This document shows, piece by piece, positions 60,527 to 64,000 of a stretch of DNA of 64,000 nt. Position numbers and translations under genes: made by a program. How positions within the stretch are numbered: the first letter of the stretch is position 1; each line of letters opens with the position of its first letter. The notes beneath the pieces were generated by a model. It did not search any database and was not told where the DNA came from. It saw nothing but the letters and a program-made list of their open reading frames with translations. The stretch comes from Candidatus Latescibacterota bacterium (GTDB lineage: Bacteria; Latescibacterota; UBA2968): positions 1,176,290-1,240,289 of the forward strand of contig CBDDPH010000002.1 in the NCBI GenBank assembly GCA_965232265.1, read 5' to 3'.

Positions 60527-61747
60527 TTAATAATCCTCATACCTTTTGGCGTAAATGTTGAGTAACAGACCAACGAGAATTGTGTTTGTGATGAGGGTGG
60601 AGCCGCCGTAGCTCAGGAAAGGCAAAGGCAGGCCCGTGACGGGCATGATGCCGATGGTCATGCCGATGTTGACAAAAATGTGGAAGAAGAGAATGGTCGC
60701 CAAGCCGATGGCGGTCAAGCTGGAGAAGCGGCTTTTGGTCTGTACGGCAATGGACAAGGCGCGCCATAAGATGAACATAAACAATGCCAGAACAAAAAAG
60801 GCACCGATAAACCCAAACTCCTCGCATATAACGGAAAAAATAAAGTCGGTGTGTTGTTCCGGTAAAAAGGCGAGTTTGGTTTGTGTACCTTCTAAAAATC
60901 CCTTGCCCTTGAGGCCACCAGACCCAATGGCGATTTTGGACTGAATGACCTGATAACCCGCGCCGAGTTTGTCCATATTGGGGTCGAGAAAGGTGAGGAT
61001 GCGGTGTTTTTGGTAGTCGTGGAGTTTATTTTCCCACACATAAGGTGCGGCGATAGCAACCGTGAGATTGACCAATAGCAAGATGCTTGCGGTGAATAAA
61101 CGGGGGCGTTCATAGAGAAGGAGGCCAATGAGGATTACTACTATTGCGGCCAGCATCCAGGGGTGAAAAGCACATATCAGGGTGAGGGCAGGAGAGATTA
61201 AAAAGAAGAGATGCGTGGGTCTGGTGCCGGCCCAGAAGAACATGGGTAGGATGAGAATGCTAAAAACCAGAGCGGTTCCCAGGTCGGGTTGCTTAAAAAC
61301 GAGCAAGATGGGCAGGAGGACGAGCAACAGAGGCGGGATAAAGGTATGTGCGCGGGTCAGGTCGCGGTTGCGATAGGCCAAGAAGCGCGCGAGTACCAGG
61401 ACGGTCGTTATTTTGGCGAATTCAGAAGGTTGTATGTGGATGGGGCCAATGTTAAGCCAACGCCGGTCGCCCAATTCGAACACGAGTATCAAAAGCGCGA
61501 TCGTCAGACCGTAGAGGACATACGCCAGGGCATAAAAAAGTTTAAGGGGAATGACCATAGTGATGACCATGACCACAACCCCAAGCAATGTCCAGATGAT
61601 TTGCTTTTCATAAATACTGCCGGCCAGGTCCAAATCCCAATTGTAGCTGGCGCTGTAGATGGCGGTAATGCCCACACTTATACACAGGCATATTGCCAGC
61701 AGGAGGCCGATGTCGAGGTGGCGTCGGACAAATAGAGAAAGATTCAC
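60527..61747 (-). CDS. rodA: Rod shape-determining SEDS glycosyltransferase
   Basis: IQPSEFAK, QPDLGT, AIGSGG, PEQHTDFIF, PFLSYGG. Confidence 0.95.
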   Translation of the reverse strand: MNLSLFVRRHLDIGLLLAICLCISVGITAIYSASYNWDLDLAGSIYEKQIIWTLLGVVVMVITMVIPLKLFYALAYVLYGLTIALLILVFELGDRRWLNIGPIHIQPSEFAKITTVLVLARFLAYRNRDLTRAHTFIPPLLLVLLPILLVFKQPDLGTALVFSILILPMFFWAGTRPTHLFFLISPALTLICAFHPWMLAAIVVILIGLLLYERPRLFTASILLLVNLTVAIAAPYVWENKLHDYQKHRILTFLDPNMDKLGAGYQVIQSKIAIGSGGLKGKGFLEGTQTKLAFLPEQHTDFIFSVICEEFGFIGAFFVLALFMFILWRALSIAVQTKSRFSSLTAIGLATILFFHIFVNIGMTIGIMPVTGLPLPFLSYGGSTLITNTILVGLLLNIYAKRYEDY

Positions 61748-61769
61748 AACTACCTCGAAAAATGAGCGG

Positions 61770-63644
61770 TTACTGGTTATTGTCCGCGATCAATTCATCG
61801 GTGGATTTTGGCGCCGCGTGTTCGAAATAGGCTTCGAGCGTTTTTTGTGCAATAGGCGCGGCAACGCGGCCTCCCGAACCGCCGTTTTCAACAATTACGG
61901 CAATGGCAATGCGCGGGTTTTCTGCCGGTGCATAAGCGACAAACCAGGCGTGGTCTTCACCGTGGGAATTTTGTGCGGTACCCGTTTTCCCCGCGACGAC
62001 AATATTGGGTAAACGGGCGCGATGCCCCGTGCCGCCCGGGCTGTTGACCACATCTATCATTATACTTTGCACTGTTTTAATCACCTCTTTCGAGATCGGC
62101 AGAGGTGTGGTTTCTCCCTTTGTACCTTTGATTATCTGCGGGGTGGGTAACTGGCCGGTTGCCAGCGCGCTTGTATAGCGCGCCACCTGAAGGGGCGTTG
62201 CGAGAAGTTCCCCTTGTCCAATGGTCAAGTTGAACATATAGCCACCAGTCCAGAAGCCGTACCTCTGTTTGTAATAGGCTCGGTTGGGCAACAGACCGCG
62301 TGCTTCACCATCGCCTTCCGAAGCGATGTCGATATTTGTCAATTCACCAAAACCGAACATAGCGGCATACCGATGCCAGTCTTCAATGCCCACTTTGAGG
62401 CCGAGTTGATAAAAGAATACGTCACACGATTTTACGAGTGCTTGCCGCAGGTTGATAGTTCCACAACCTCTTTTGTTGTGACATCTAAATCGGCGATCAC
62501 CGTAAAACAGGCCTCCTGTGCATGGTCTCAAGGGATATTCATCGGCTTTGAGTATGCCCATGTCCAAAGCGGCAACCGATGTGACCATCTTGAAGACCGA
62601 AGCGGGTGGATATTCGCCCTTAAGACTGCGGTTGAGCAAGGGGTTGGATGGGGCTATTTGCAAGCGTTGCCAGGCTTTGGGGTCCCGGATAGATCGCGGA
62701 TGAAAACCGGGTTTGCTGACCATGGCTATAATTTCGCCGGACTGTGGATGCATGGCAATCAGGCTGCCGCGCATGCTATCTGCAAAGGCGCGTTCGGCGG
62801 CATGCTGTACGCGCCAGTCGAGCGCGAGCCACAGATCTTCACCAGAAATGGGAGGGTCTGTTTTTTCGGGGAAAATACCCACCTCGCGTCCCTTTGCATT
62901 TACTTCGATGTATCGGACACCTTTATGACCCCGCATCCGGTCTTCAAATATGCGCTCAATACCGCGTTTTCCAATCTGATCGTCGTAGCTATATCCCCGC
63001 GTTTTCAGGTGGGTATATTGAGATGCGTTGATAAGCCCGACATAGCCCAAAATATGGGGGGCTAAGACCAGGGGGTTACTGGCGTTGTGCTGCGCGTGCA
63101 AAAACTCGGTGGATATCACCGAGAGTGTGTCAAAGATGGGATAGCTCCTGCGGAGTTCGATTTGAATTTCTACACCTGGAAAGTCATAGCGGTTTTCTTC
63201 GATAATGGAAATGGCTTCAAACCCCACATCGCGCTTGAGTTTGACTGGGTCGTAAAAATACCGGTTGTGCAGTTGCAATTTTTTTTTAATTGTTTCACAG
63301 GGCAGATCCACAATTTGCCCGAGGCGTTCGAGAAGCCCATTGCATTTGTCTTCTTCAATATTTGCCAAAAAGCGAGGGGGAATGACCGAAATGTTATAAG
63401 ACGGTCTGTTATCGACCAAAATGATACCGTTGCGGTCGCGGATCAGCCCGCGATTGGCCTGGATGATGACGGGCTGCATGGTATTCTTTTCAGATTTGAT
63501 GCGATACTGTTCCCCTTCGGCAATCTGCAACATATAGAGGCGAATGCCCAATATGGCAAAGAGGAATGCGACAACGCCAAAAAGAAAGCGGGCGCGACAC
63601 TCTCGAATGCCGTTATGTGTGAAGTCATTCTGCATGGGATTCAA
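61770..63644 (-). CDS. mrdA: Penicillin-binding protein 2
   Basis: RGLIRDRNG, PPASVFK (SxxK), SCD, GKTGTAQ; lies between mreD and rodA. Confidence 0.94.
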   Translation of the reverse strand: MNPMQNDFTHNGIRECRARFLFGVVAFLFAILGIRLYMLQIAEGEQYRIKSEKNTMQPVIIQANRGLIRDRNGIILVDNRPSYNISVIPPRFLANIEEDKCNGLLERLGQIVDLPCETIKKKLQLHNRYFYDPVKLKRDVGFEAISIIEENRYDFPGVEIQIELRRSYPIFDTLSVISTEFLHAQHNASNPLVLAPHILGYVGLINASQYTHLKTRGYSYDDQIGKRGIERIFEDRMRGHKGVRYIEVNAKGREVGIFPEKTDPPISGEDLWLALDWRVQHAAERAFADSMRGSLIAMHPQSGEIIAMVSKPGFHPRSIRDPKAWQRLQIAPSNPLLNRSLKGEYPPASVFKMVTSVAALDMGILKADEYPLRPCTGGLFYGDRRFRCHNKRGCGTINLRQALVKSCDVFFYQLGLKVGIEDWHRYAAMFGFGELTNIDIASEGDGEARGLLPNRAYYKQRYGFWTGGYMFNLTIGQGELLATPLQVARYTSALATGQLPTPQIIKGTKGETTPLPISKEVIKTVQSIMIDVVNSPGGTGHRARLPNIVVAGKTGTAQNSHGEDHAWFVAYAPAENPRIAIAVIVENGGSGGRVAAPIAQKTLEAYFEHAAPKSTDELIADNNQ

Positions 63645-64000
63645 TATTGAAAAGTGAGAAATGGGTAAAAACAGATGACAATGCCGTGCCCAACGCGGCT
63701 GTGTAAAGGCCTGTACCCAATCCGACGCTCAAAATTTTGAACGGTTGCGAAAGAAAAAAAAAGAAAATAATATCATGTAAAAGTGTTGCTAAAAATAAAA
63801 TAGTGGCTTGTGCTCGTAGAGCTTCTGTGGCGATACTCACACGGCTATGACCTGCGAAAAAACCAATCAGGCTATTGCCGAGGGCATTGACACCCAAAAG
63901 CGTGCTGGGGTCGTATATGTCGATGAGCAGTCCCGATATAAAACCCAGTGCTGTCGCTTCGATTTGTCCTCGGGTAAAGGCAATCAAAACCAGTATGATG
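63625..64000 (-). CDS. mreD: Rod shape-determining protein MreD (5' partial)
   Basis: Hydrophobic GFISGLLIDI..LGVNAL; directly upstream of mrdA. Confidence 0.8.
   Translation of the reverse strand, partial: IILVLIAFTRGQIEATALGFISGLLIDIYDPSTLLGVNALGNSLIGFFAGHSRVSIATEALRAQATILFLATLLHDIIFFFFLSQPFKILSVGLGTGLYTAALGTALSSVFTHFSLFNIESHAE

Noticed and set aside
62214-63065. 283-aa plus-strand ORF and similar long antisense ORFs (6318-7127, 21397-22071, 35309-36124)
   Set aside because: They are shadow frames opposite well-supported genes and have no recognisable motifs.
1-64000. tRNA, rRNA, integrase or transposase genes
   Set aside because: None recognised by eye; tRNAscan-SE, Rfam and ISfinder searches would be needed to exclude them formally.

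Overview
Bacterial chromosomal window. The GWxTD, DUF4175, DUF4159 and MoxR genes suggest an FCB-group organism; this is an inference from gene content only. Most of the window is housekeeping: dusA, a plant-type hydroxypyruvate reductase, a fused indolepyruvate-type oxidoreductase, lipA-miaB-queG-iscU-rny, erpA-prx-sod, panCB-dNK-folKB-ygfZ, a sigma70 factor, murD, a MoxR cluster, a Mur ligase with LD-carboxypeptidase, aroA, dnaE and rodA-mrdA-mreD. A defence island spans about 38.6-55.5 kb. It holds a 49-repeat CRISPR array, a complete type I-B cas operon on the minus strand (cas8b-7-5-3-6-1-2-4) and, upstream of that, an HTH-WYL regulator and a DUF3800 gene. The strongest signal is a degenerate mini-CRISPR just upstream of cas8b (51612-51707). 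Its 22-nt spacer matches the -10 region of the sigma70 promoter in front of DUF3800, beside a TTA PAM, with mismatches exactly at guide positions 6, 12 and 18. A three-way-junction RNA lies between DUF3800 and the mini-array. Together these suggest a Cascade-repressed DUF3800/ncRNA module (CreR/CreTA-like). Other notable features: a promoter-RNA-terminator cassette and a second cas1 N-terminus between cas6 and cas1, 27-nt hairpin elements inserted in frame into three proteins, and clusters of shrunken spacers. All calls were made by eye; no database searches were run.
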